A DNA stretch of 64,000 bases from NCBI RefSeq assembly GCF_006345805.1, contig NC_042999.1, positions 95,666,001 to 95,730,000 on the forward strand, given 5' to 3'. Numbering within the stretch: the first letter of the stretch is position 1; every line of letters starts with the position of its first letter. Position numbers and translations under genes: made by a program. The stretch is from Octopus sinensis (Eukaryota). Below are positions 26,752 to 39,921 of this stretch, piece by piece. A model generated the notes under the pieces. That model worked only from the letters and a program-made list of their open reading frames with translations. It searched no databases and had not been told where the DNA came from.

Positions 26752-27276
26752 CATATATGTGTGTGTATATATGAGTGTATATATATATATATCATCATCA
26801 TCATCATCATCGTTTAGCGTCCGCTTTCCATGCTAGCATGGGTTGGACGGTTCAGCTGGGGTCTGGGAAGCCAGAAGGCTGCACCAGGCCATCGTCTGTA
26901 ATGAGTGTGAAGAAAGAAATAATTGTATATATGAATATATGTATGCATATATAAATGTGTGTGTATATATATTTATATATATATATGTATGTATGTATAT
27001 ATGTTTGTATGTATATATATATATATATACACACACATGATCTATAATGAGTGTGAAGAAAGGAATAGTTAAAACAGAAAGCAATAGATGGCAAGACACT
27101 GTGTTGAAAAGAACCTTGCCCAACACATAATTATGGGCAAGAGAATGTAAAAATGATGATTATGATGATTGGAATATTTTTCTATGTATAAGCATGCATG
27201 TGCGTATGCATATATGTATATATGCTCACACACACACATATATATTTGTATATACATACACATACAAATATGTATG

Positions 27277-27343
<67 letters not shown>

Positions 27344-30300
27344 CCATACATGCATATATACATATATATACGTACACAGCTACATAAACAGATGCATAAA
27401 TACATATCTAACACACACACTCATATGTGTGTGTATATATTTATGTATAATGTGAGGAGATGGGGTTATCAATTGAATTGTATTTTGAAAAGTTAAAATA
27501 CCTAGAATGAAAACGTTAAAAAGTAAAATGTGAGTTGTAGAATTAAAAAAGTGGTAGTGATAAGTAAACCCTTTAAGAAAAATGGCTAAAAGGTATGGAG
27601 ACATTAAGTTAGAAAACAGGGAAATACACATAATAAAATATAAAATGGACAGAATTATATAACAATCAATTTTTTTATAAATAATAAAGTAAGGATAAGG
27701 TTTAACAAAAATAAGCATGTCTGTTTTTATATGTATATTTATACTTTTTTAATGTTACCAGTTGAACTATTAGTTGATAAATATCTGACTGATTTCTGAA
27801 AGAAAAATATATTAAATGATAATTTTGTCAAAGAATTTGTAGTTGCTTCTTTTCTTGAAAATACTACCAAATATCACTGATTGATTAGAGCAGTATTTTA
27901 GATAAAACTGAAACTATAAATGTGTTAAAATTAAAATACCAATGATTAATTGCTTAAATCATTTTTTTTATATATTCAAAAGTAACAAAACATATTCTGT
28001 CTTGAAGACAGCCCTTAGCCATGATCACATGCCATCTGTTAAATTGTTACCAGGCATAGTAACTATAGGAAGCTATCTATACTTGCTGCTTCTACTGCTG
28101 CTACTGCTGTTACTACTACTATTATTACTACTTGTGTTTATAAGGATGCAGTTACTTTTTAATGCTCACTGTCACCACTACCATACAGCCACTATGATCT
28201 TCATGACTATCATGAGTATCATCATTATCAACATCAACCTGATTGTTAGCTGTTGTCATTATCTGGAGAGCTACTATTCTATTGTAAGAGCAGCAATGAC
28301 AACAGAAATATAAGCCATTGTTACAGTGGCAGCCAGCATAAAATCTCAGAGCAATACAAAATTCTCAGCATCATTCTCTCTGATCAACATTTCTCTCCTT
28401 CAAACTCTCTCTCCACCTTTCTGTTACAATAAATTCTATCTTTTAACATTATTCACTGCTATAATGCATCAACATTGTAGTTGTATCGTAGTACTGAGCC
28501 ATTAGTTGTTGTCATTGTCAACAGTGTGGTAGTTATGAGATATTGACTATGATTGCTGTTTGTGTTGCAACTCGTGTGATAGACAGGAATGGATAGCAGA
28601 TTATGCACTATCAAAGTTGCAGTGGATTCTCTATGCTTAAAAGAGTCAGTGGGAAGAGATTAGGAATAGCAGTTTATTTGAAAAGGACACATGAGAATTT
28701 CTTACATTTAGTTTCTTTTGAAATTAATATATTGAGTCAGTGAAAGGGTGCCTGTCTCCTGTTATGTCATTGTCATGCTACTACTCAATGAAATTGACCA
28801 AGTGAAGTTGATATTAGAAATAGTACTTTACAAGTGCAACAGATTTGGAAGAAAATTAACTAGAGAAGATCTAAATTCTAGATTATGAAGACCACAAAGA
28901 TAAGAAAGATAGATTATTGTATAATAGAGATGATGGTGATAAGGTGAAATACTATGGGAGATTAGAACATACTCACAAAAATGAAATGAAAAGAAGGAAT
29001 GTATGAAAAGAAGTGGAGGAGAGTTTGAAGTAAGAGTAAAGAATAGAAATAAAAGAGAGAAAGAAAGATATAGGAAAAAGAGAAAAGTAGCTATGGTTGA
29101 GTGAGGGGGTGGCAAAAGCAAAGCAGATAAAATGAGAGGCTGAGGCAGGAATGCGGAAGGACTGTAGGTTCTAGAAAACATTCACACAAACACATATGAA
29201 GCAGCAAAATCTTGGTAAAATATAACTGAATACAAGTGGATTATAACACAGACGTTTAGTGCTAACTTTCAATGCAAATGTAGTAGGAAATCACACGGCA
29301 TTCCTACACTGCAGTGACCTGAGAGTGTTGGAATGGAGAAATGTGAGAAGGAAAAATGCACACAGTTATACATATGCACAGATATATTGATGCACGTGTG
29401 TTACCAGAGATAGTGATGAACAGAACTACTGACCACTTGCTAAAGAAGAATCAGTCTGTTGAAATTATTGGAAAGAATGTAATATCTATCAGTCACCAGG
29501 GAACGACATTATTGATAAGTCAGAACCAGTAGTTGTGAAATATTCTTTATTTTGGTAAGTCACCTTAGACAGTGTACAATGCAGCATGCTTGCATATAAG
29601 TATGTGGAAGGGCGCAGATATGTACACTATTGATGTCTGTTTAGGCTTGTGGTGAAGAAAATTTATTTGAAACTTTTTTATAATTGAATTGATTTTAAAA
29701 TATTTTCGTAAGAAACTGATCCATTCAAATAACAATATTACAGGAATAACAACAAAAACAAACTGTAAACATTGTCACCCATAGAATGCACATATATAAA
29801 AAGAATCTGTATTGAGCTACACTGTTATACACAAATATTAAGGTGTATATGCGTGTATTAATAGATGTGTTAATAAGTTTGTAAATATAAACAAATATGT
29901 ACATAGATATTAAACACTTTCAAGAAACTAGATTTGCTAGGTGTTTCCCTTTTCATATTAGATCAAACTCTCTTAGTCTATTTATGCATTCAGTGTTGGT
30001 TGGTTGGTGGTGGGAAAGTGATATTTGTTTCTATTACCGTTGATTCCTTATGTTTATGTCGGCCAGTTTAGACACTTTCCTTCTTTTTAATCATTCTTTC
30101 ATTCACCCTTGCCTTATAGTTTTCTTGTTTGTGTTTTCTTTTTCTTTACTGCTATAAGTTTTAACTGAGTAAATGTATGTTTATATGGTATGTGAAGAAT
30201 GACGTTCTTAGCTACACATGGATTACAGGTGTAAGTGAAAGTGAAAATGCACGCATGTACACTCCCACACATACACTCACTATGTTAGCAATGGAGAGGA

Positions 30301-30399
30301 AGTGAGTGTAGAGCTGTGTTAATGCTGCTTGGTATATTGTTCTATGTAGAAATACATATATAGCACATGCACGCATAAAAAAATATAAGAAATACATAT

Positions 30400-33002
30400 T
30401 GAATGTTGATTATATAAAACGATAGCAAATCAACTTGAAATATATAAAAGAATAAATATATCGATGTGTAAATGACACATCTGTATGTTTTCATAGAAAC
30501 AAATCTATAGTCAACTAGTCGTGTGTATGCGTAGGAATGTGTGCGTGTGTATGAAACGGTAGAATCCGAATAAAGTGTCTCCATCGGCAAATAGTAACTC
30601 AAAAAGTCATGTGTCAAGAGACAGACATTTAAATGTTTTAGTACTGATTTTCTCGTAAATGTGTGTGTGTGTGTAAGAGAGAGGGGAGGGAAGGGAGTAA
30701 TGTTTTGAAAATATTTTCTATTTTTAACAGTTAATGAAATGGAAATAATTATAGAAGGAAAAGTAGTGGGCATTTAAAGATTCAATAGACATTGAGCAGC
30801 TGCTTCAATCAAAGATTAGTGATAATTAGAATAGTAGTGATGGAGGAGAGTGGGGATCATGTTACACGATTCCCACCACAAATACTACTATAATTCTAAT
30901 TATAGTTAATATTATTTGGCGATTTGAAGGTGGTCGATTGACAAAATGGATAATGCATCGGACGAAATGCTTTGCGGTATTTAGTTACGACCCCTCACAT
31001 TCTGAGCTGAAATCCCTAAGACGTCGACTTTGCCTTTCAATTTTCTGCGGGTGGTATAATGTACAGTTTTCTCCAAGGTTTCTGGTTTTGAGCCTATGTA
31101 AGAAATTCTTATCACACGAATTATAAAATACTAACATAGTTATTTATAGATGATTTTTACCATTTTTACAATTTTATTGAAACTTATGGGATAGCGTGGA
31201 ATAGTATTAACTGAATAAAATTATGCTGTTTATTCATGTAATATTTTCAGATTAATATTGTTTTCTCTAATAATAGTTCTTGTTCTTCTATTATTAGAAA
31301 AGTCGGTGGATTTGATAGTCTTATATCCATGGCGCTTTCTATTTTCGTGACTATTGTAATTACCAATATAGTTAGTGTTGGTCATTATTATCTCCGCTAC
31401 TTTACGCTATGATTACTACTGCTATCATTGCTCTGATTACTGCTGTATCCACAGACATCTTTGACACTTTAGTTAGGATGGTCGCTAATCGTCAATTTTA
31501 TCGTGCTACTCATTGCAAATCTTTATTGTCAGCATACACATACATGTAGTGTGTGTATGTGATGGATGGAATTCTTACACGGAATTCGTGGAAACAAGAG
31601 AGAACGTTGGCAAGCAACTAGTCTGTCCACGGTGGTCCCTACAATAAACTATTCGTACTGCTGTTCGATATGAATGTCACACATACCTTTATTATTTGTC
31701 GGGTTCTACTACTACTCGTCTGCAACACATCGACACCTCATTTAGCAACTTGAAACCTTATTTCCCTTAGACTCAATATAGCAGTTTCTTTCATCTATCC
31801 ATTTTTACTTTTACTTTTCTATTATCTCTCAGGGGCATCTCTAGCAACAACCTGTTTCTTTCCCACACTCCATTCAAAGTATTAACTTCGAATACTTAAG
31901 CTTAATAGTCTCCAGCTGCACATCGTTTCCATGCATTACTTATTTCCCCTCGCCTTCGATAAACGCACGAAACCTGACGAACTGAAATGCTAGATTCAAT
32001 TTGTCTTTAGTGGAGAAATGGCAGGAAGTCTATCTACCACCCGATCATTCTACTATTTCTTTTCCTTTTCAATGACTTCTCTGTTTTCATCCCTTCGTAT
32101 ATTTTTACTCTGCAAACGAAAATATACGGAGCTTTATGTTTGCAGTTACCTCATTCGATTTTCTTACTTCGTTGAAATGCATATTCTGCCTTACAATTCG
32201 ACAACTGCGATGTTTCTAATAATCAAAATATAAATATAATAACATTACCACTCAATTTGGCTCATATTAACTCGTGCATTTATTTTAGCTGCAGACTATG
32301 CACTATTTCGTGTAATTTAATAGTTCCTAATGTTATCAATATCTCCAGTTTTCTTTTATTTTGAATAACACGCAAAGAGAGAGATAGAGAGAAAAAGAAA
32401 GATCATTGCTTGAAAAATAAAACGACTGAGAAAACAGTTGTGGCATCGTCCATCGCTATGAGTGCCATATCTAGCGGTTCATTTGCAATTGTAGTTGCCT
32501 CATTCAAGAATTCAAACTGACTTACGTCACTGAACAGAAAAAAAAAGTGGATTTAAAAATCAAATCAAATGTGTTATAGCATAATGTGTATCTGTGTGTA
32601 TGTTAAAGGATTCCACTGTGCTTTTGAAATTCGTTTGCTGTTTCCTTCGTTTCCCTGCTTCATCTTGAAGAGTCTGATTTCGTTGTTTTAAGTTAATCTT
32701 CGATTTGTTTATATCGGAAATGCGATTCCTTGAAATGTGTTGCCGGTTAACAATTTTTGTTTAAATATTAGATGGGGTTGTGGTGGGGTATTTATAAGTG
32801 AAAGTCAATATTACACGAAACCATATTTTGTTTTCTCTTAATTGTTTCATTCATTATCGTTATCACAGTTTCACCTTACTGTTCATATTTCCTGATCATG
32901 TTAACACTGTTACCCACTCTTTCGTGATATTTCAAGCAACATGCTTTTACCGATTTCATTTCATTTAATTATCTATTCATTCATTTATTTATTTATTACT
33001 AT

Positions 33003-33066
<64 letters not shown>

Positions 33067-33094
33067 CTATATATATATATATATATATATATAG

Positions 33095-33128
<34 letters not shown>

Positions 33129-33219
33129 AATAATTTGAATTCGCCTTGAATGGTCCCTTTGCATACTGAACACTTGGTGAAATTGATTAATAATTAATTA
33201 ATTTTGCCCTCAATTGTTG

Positions 33220-33253
<34 letters not shown>

Positions 33254-34000
33254 GTAGTAGGTGAAGTGTGGATGAATGGTTAAGAAGTTTGCTTCATAAT
33301 CAAGCAGGCATGGTTTCAATTCGGCAGTGTAGACAAGTCTCATCTTTCCTATAGCCTCAAGTGGCTAGATCGAGACTGAGTAAAATGGAGGTCAGATGAA
33401 TTGTACCTGCATTATGCTGATTCTGCCCCAAAATTTGCATTGAGAGTACACATATGTTGAAATACTCAAGCATTTACACACTAATACAATGAGCCTTTTA
33501 GTGCAGGTGATTGAAAAGCTGAACACTTATAGTCTCTCATTATGATAGAAATTCTAAATATACATATATATGTTGATATATAAACGTACAATACTATATT
33601 ATAAGATATATTAAACACGTTATAATATAAGTGGCTAAAGCAATTTAAAACCGAAATGGTAGAATACATAAGGGTGTAAAATAGCACCTACAATTGCTAG
33701 AAATAAGAGCTAAAAATATAACTCTAATAGTCACAGAAAATCTCTAACCTCATGAGATGTTCAAAGGGACTGTGAGCAGCAAGCCACAACATCTTTCTCC
33801 AGCGAGATAAAACTCACTGAATGAAATAATTTGGTAAGACCCTATCATATGATTTCGATATTGAGAGAGAGAGAGGGTGAAGAGTTACATTTGTTTTGAG
33901 CTTAGAGTCTGGTGAGACGTTCATGGGGCTAAGCCCTTTGTGTATGCAAAACCATTAGTCACTCTATGACCGGACATTGATTTAACTACTTATAAATATG
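30400..34000. promoter_or_regulatory. CpG-retaining (putatively unmethylated) zone; candidate promoter or intergenic region
   Basis: Hand count is roughly 70-80 CpG in 3.6 kb, versus about five in 10.5-14.0 kb. It contains TTACGTCA (ATF/CREB-like) at 32522-32529 and minus-strand splice donors at 32526, about 31687 and about 31579. Confidence 0.5.
33260..33480 (+). mobile_element. tRNA-headed SINE remnant
   Basis: GGATGAATGGTTAAGAAGTTTGCTTC...GGTTTCAATTC head, as in the other SINE copies. Confidence 0.5.
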
Positions 34001-34088
34001 TGTGTGTGTGTATATATGTATGTATGTATGTATGTGTATTATATAAACGATGATGATGATATATATATATATATTTGTATGTGTGTAT

Positions 34089-34122
<34 letters not shown>

Positions 34123-34445
34123 ATATATATATATGTATGTGTGTATATATATATATGTATGTGTGTGTATATGTATATATATATGTGTGTGTATATGTAT
34201 ATATATGTATGTGTGTGTATATGTATATATATATATGTATGTGTGTGTATATGTATATATATATATGTATGTGTGTGTATGTGTATATATATATATATAT
34301 GTATGTGTGTATATATATATATGTATGTGTGTATATATATATATGTATGTGTGTATATATATATATATATGTATGTGTGTATATATATATATATATGTAT
34401 GTGTGTATATATACGTGTATATATATATATATATATGTATGTGTG

Positions 34446-34476
<31 letters not shown>

Positions 34477-34983
34477 ATATATATATATATATATGTGTGT
34501 GTATGTGTATATATATATATATGTGTGTATATGTATGTATGTGTGTATATATATATGTGTGTATGTATATATGTATGTGTGTGTATGTATATATGTGTGT
34601 GTATGTATATATATATATTTGTGTGTGTATGTATATATATATGTATGTGTGTGTATGTATATATATATGTATGTATGTATATGTATGTATATATATATGT
34701 ATGTGTGTGTATGTATATATATATGTATGTATGTATATATATGTATGTGTGTGTATGTATATATATATATATGTATGTATGTATGTGTGTGTATGTATAT
34801 ATATATATATATCTTTGTGTATGTATAAATATGTGTGTGTGTATGTATATATATATATATATATATATCTTTGTGTATGTATAAATATGTGTGTGTGTAT
34901 GTATATATATATATATCTTTGTGTATGTATAAATATGTGTGTGTGTATGTATATATATATATATCTTTGTGTATGTATAAATA

Positions 34984-35018
<35 letters not shown>

Positions 35019-35045
35019 GCAGATGCACACACACACACGCACATG
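33995..35045. repeat. About 1-kb compound (TA)/(TG) microsatellite with four higher-order units at 34812-35000
   Basis: The unit TCTTTGTGTATGTATAAATATGTGTGTGTG(TATG)(TA)n starts at about 34812, 34868, 34916 and 34964. Confidence 0.95.
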
Positions 35046-35229
35046 TATATACGAAAAAACCATCATCTCGCATTTGTCTTTCATACTGGCATAGGCTGGC
35101 ATAGTATAGTTAGATGGTATCCAGTGAGGGCTGTGTCATGCTCCAGTTGCTTCTTTACATGGTTACAAACGTTGAATGCCCTTCCTAATGCCAACCACTT
35201 AACAAATTGTACTGGATGCTTTGAATAAG

Positions 35230-35880
35230 AGATGGGGCAGAGTAGAAAGGTTTTGGGGCCAGAAGCTCTGGAAGTGTTGGTGGGTAATTGATTGTAAGAG
35301 TGTAGGAAAAGTGTTAGAGATGGAATAGAGGTGAATGTAGGTAAATAAAGGTGGGGAAAGAATTGGTAGTAAATGTGAGTTGGGGCTCTGGAAGAAAGGG
35401 TGAACAGCAGCACAATAATGAAACATTGTAAAGAGTATGGATAAGTGATAGGGACAAGTAGCATGGATTGATAAAGATTGCAAGAGTAGGGGACCGGGGG
35501 GAGAGTGAGAGACATATAGTGATAGGGTAGAGGTCAGCAGTATGTAAGAATGAATAAAGTGAGTTGTAAACAAAGGTGGAAGATAGTTGATAGTAGACAT
35601 GAGAGAATATTAAGAATAAAGTATGTATGACTAGAGGATGTAGTTCAGCAGAAAGAAAAAATAACTGGTTGCACAGAAAGGTTGATCATTGGAAAATAAG
35701 AGTGAGGAGGAATGAGAGATGGGTATCAAAAGGAATTGCTTCAAGGGAGGGATAACTTGTTGCACAGAAAGGGGATGACATATGTAAATCTACTCTCATT
35801 TAATTACAGTGGAAGAATAATGCAGTAGTTAGGAAAGTGATGGAAGGATGAAAGGTAGACAAAATATTGGGAGAGACAAA
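35230..35880 (-). mobile_element. Penelope-like remnant
   Basis: Minus translation LLVPITYPYSLQCFII...FFPHLYLPTF..SLTLFLHS resembles PLVLTYHP...IFP.LPL.AY...SLRDFLVHS. Similar purine-rich remnants lie at about 28850-29180 and 52520-53150. Confidence 0.5.
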
Positions 35881-35929
35881 TTGTGGGCTGTGGGGCAAGT
35901 TGTTCATGCTCACATAGTGAATTTAAAAC

Positions 35930-36690
35930 CTTAGTTTTGCTTTTATGGGCAGGTCATCTTGGGTACTGCTTATCACCATTCACATGAGTCTTTTGTAATT
36001 TCTGTGAGGTTCAAAATACTGATTTCAGCCTTCAATACTATGTCTCCCTGGATTTCCTATTCCATAGGTTCCATCCACATAAAGTGATTACTCTTCTTTA
36101 TCTGATTCCTCTTATGCCAAATTTTTCTCTCAACACATTTGTACTCTATCATTCATTTACACTGACATTGTACATCTAATGGAGGATGCTTCCTTCATTT
36201 CTTTCTAATCTTTGTAGGTCCACTACATTCAAGGTCTATTTCTCACTACAATATAGCATTGTAGTTTATACACAAATGTTATACAATCTGCCTTTCACTC
36301 TAAGAGAGAAACCTTTTGCTACCAAAAATTGTAATAGCTCTCTTAACTTTTCTCCAGCCTGCTCTTATTGTGGCTACAATATTTTTGGAACATCCTCTTC
36401 CACTGCTAATTAGGTCATCTAGATAACAGAAGCTTTCAACTATCACTCAAGATCTTCCTAGGCATTTGAAGAAATCTATTTCCCATGTGCTGTTAGTGTT
36501 TATTACTCCTATGCGTATGTCACATACAAAGTCTACTTTCCCTATTAACTTGCCTTTGATACCACTGCACTTCTTGTGAGTCTATAGTTTGCATTGGGTA
36601 GACAAATGGAATTTCTTCTTATTCCTTTTCTGTATATTGAGCAAGGCTATGTTTTCCTGCTTACTAAAGGTCTGGTCTTTATTAAGCGAG
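35930..36690 (-). mobile_element. Older RTE LINE RT C-terminal fragment
   Basis: Homologous to 59100-59600. Encodes VESFCYLDDLISSGRGCSK..VA.IRAG..L...L...GFSLRVKGRLY-like sequence. Confidence 0.75.
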
Positions 36691-36699
36691 CTTCAAGGT

Positions 36700-38900
36700 T
36701 TTTTTATCACCCCTGTAATTTTGTTTTTAATTCTATTATATGAACAAGGTCATCAGCATCCATAAGTTCCTACATGTATCTAGTCTGAAACTCTTGTGTT
36801 ATGGCTTAGAGGACTATGATGAATTGAAGGGGACTGAGAATGGGGCCTTGGCAGAGTACTTCTGCACACATGATTCACAATTCGTCAAGATATAAAATGT
36901 TTGTGTTTGAGCCTTCTAAAACTTTTAGCAAACTATCAAAGTAATACAACAGCTGTTTTATGCAGTTCTGCAACAAAGAAAGTCTTTTGACTCCTGGAGA
37001 TACTAGCTCTACAGGAATTTAGTTTGATCACATCATTCTTTGAAAAACTTTAATGACATGAGTACCAAATGAGATTTGGTGGTAGTTTACAAATGATCTG
37101 TTTTCATCTTTGAAGACTAGGGTGACATATTGCGATAGGAAGTGCTTTGATATATAATCTGTGTCAAGCAATTTTCTCCAGAGCTTAGCAACAGAACATG
37201 TCATTTGGTGTTGGCATTCCTTCAGGACCCTAGTAGGATATCTGTCAGGGCCTACTGTAGAGTAATGCTTAATTTCATTTATTACTGCATTGGTTTCTTG
37301 AGTGTTGAATGATGGCATGTTGTTGTCTGTTTCACTGATACTAAGTCAACCCTTGGATTACTGAAGGCAGAGCATTATTGTTTCTGTATAATCTCTCTTA
37401 TTTCTTTAGTATAATGGTGAGGTTTCTGTTATCATTTATCTGGGCACTTATAAGTGAAACAGCATTCCTATGCTAGTCAGCAAAATGAATGCAATGCATT
37501 TTGGTTGTATTTAATTTTATTAATGACCAGTCTTCTTCTGCAGACCTTTGTTGATGTAAGTTTTCAGATAATTTTTTTGCATCTCAAGTGTTCTAGTTAC
37601 TGTCAATTGTGGGTACTATATATTTCAATAGTTCTTTTTTATCTTCTGATTTTTCTGATGAGAGTTTTATCTCTCTTGGAAACATCTATTTTTACAAATG
37701 AGTTCTGTTGGGTAGCTTTGAACATATATTACTGACTATATAGATAAATTTTTACCAAACTATTTCATTATCAAAAGAAGAGCAAGGATAAGTCAATAAG
37801 TTATAGATCATGCCTAATTTCTTCCCAATCTTGTTTATACAGATTCCTGTTGTCAAACGGATGTGCTGGAGTGAGTTTAGTTATTTGATTTTGGTTTTGA
37901 AAATTAAGATTGTAGAGTACCACATCATATTCAGGGAGATGTTTTGGATGGTGCTAGAATGTCTTGTTTGAACTAGTTCCCAGATATGTTTTTGTGTCTC
38001 ATTGCCTCAAACATGAATTGGGAAGAAAAAAGTATCCATAACATTGAAGAGCAGATTAGTACTTGGGCTGTTCATCTATTATAAGCTTATGTAAATGTCT
38101 TCTTGGTCACCAGATATTTCAAGCACCATTCTTCATGAACATTATTAATAGACACTGACCACTGTAGATTGCCAATGTTTACACATCTCCTTCAAATAAA
38201 TGCCTATTCCATCTAAGGACATGTACATGGAGTTACTATTGCAAAGAAATTAACAAAAAATAACAATCTGATACACTTGATTGCCAAATATATTTATGAT
38301 AACTTTTGATAATTCTACTGCTGCTTTTCTTAGTGCTAAGATACTATTTTCTGGCTTCAATGTATTTGTAGATTAGTACACATAGAGAAGATGGGAGTCA
38401 CCCATCACTAATATACTTCCAGATTTGTGCTTTTGAATAAAGGATATAACTTGATTGAGACACTCTCAAAAACACTTGAGGATCCTTGAGGAGACCTACA
38501 CAGGACTACTTATTGTTAAGTTATTAACTTTATATAGACACAGATTCACAGTAACCATTGGAAAATATATCCTTTGGATCTATGGGAAGGAAATCCTTGA
38601 GAAACATGATGGCTCCTCCTTTATTTCAGGTTGAGTTATCTGCTTGGATAGATGAACAGCAGATTAGTATGTGGACTTTTCATCTATTATACACTTACAT
38701 CAGTGTTTTCTCGGCATTTGGATATTTTGAGCACCATTCTTCATGACCATTATTAATAGACTCTGACCACTATAGACCGGCAATATTTAAATGTCTACTC
38801 CATCTCAGAACATGTACATGGAGCTACTATTGCAAAGAATTTAACAAAAATTAACAATCTGATACACTTGATTGCTAGATATATTCAAGATAATGTTTAT
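36700..38900 (-). mobile_element. Decayed CR1-type LINE (RT N-terminus and upstream region) with an internal duplication of about 250 bp
   Basis: ORF 37028-37318 reads VGPDRYPTRVLKEC...LWRKLLDT...VTLVFKDENRSFVNYHQISFGTHVIKVFQR (GPD..P..LKEC...NYRPISLTS...KVFER). The upstream limit is approximate. Confidence 0.65.
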
Positions 38901-38970
38901 GTAGCTTCTTTTTAACCAATGAATACATATATATATTATACATATGGACAAACACAAACATGATTATATA

Positions 38971-39007
<37 letters not shown>

Positions 39008-39016
39008 GTATAAAAT

Positions 39017-39392
39017 ATTATTATTAAGTAAGAAAATGGAGAGATTTAATGAATATAGATTAATTTATTAATTAATTAACATTGCCTACAATTGTTTCAA
39101 TTTACACTCATTACAAGTTACAAAACATATATCAGTTTGCATTTTGAAGATTTTGAGATACTCCAACAAACTGAGTATGTTGGAGTATCTCAACTGATCA
39201 ACATGTAACTGCCTTAATGTTCTTTTGTCCTGCTGATATTTTACTTAAAATCTTCAAAATACAAACTTAGTTTACTATATATATTTTGTAATTTGTAGTA
39301 AGTGTAAATTGAAACAATTGTAGGCAATATTAATTAATTAATAAATTAATTTATATCCATTAAACCCCTACATTTTCTTATTTAGTGATGAT
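39017..39392. mobile_element. Foldback/MITE-like element with about 140-bp inverted arms and an internal 16-bp perfect hairpin
   Basis: 39017-39154 matches the reverse complement of 39247-39392 (roughly 80-85% by eye). TTGAGATACTCCAACA (39153-39168) pairs with TGTTGGAGTATCTCAA (39178-39193). Confidence 0.8.
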
Positions 39393-39562
39393 ATTTGATA
39401 TTTATAATATATTTATTGAAGAGATATCTCTTAATAATATAATATATTAAACCAGCGTAACTTAGATGGAACCATCCCGATAAGAGGGTTTTATATCCTT
39501 ATAATGACTCTGAACGAGGTATAAACAGTAACCGCACGACAATGTGAAGTATATTTGCCATC

Positions 39563-39597
<35 letters not shown>

Positions 39598-39921
39598 TTT
39601 TATCTTCTGCTCATCTTTCAAACATTTATATATGTATATACTATATGTGTGGGTGTGTGTCTGTATATATACACAAATATGAATATATGCATGTGCATAT
39701 ATATAGGTATATATGTATATATGTGTGTGTGACATGTAAAAGGCACCCACTACACTCTTGGAATGTTTGGCATAAGGAAAGGCATTCAGCTATAGAAACC
39801 AAGCCAAAATCAGACTAGAGCCTTGTACTGATCTCTGGCTTACCAGTTCCCATTAAGTCATCTAACGCATGTCAGCATCAAAAACAGATATGAAATGATG
39901 ATGACAATGATATATATATAT

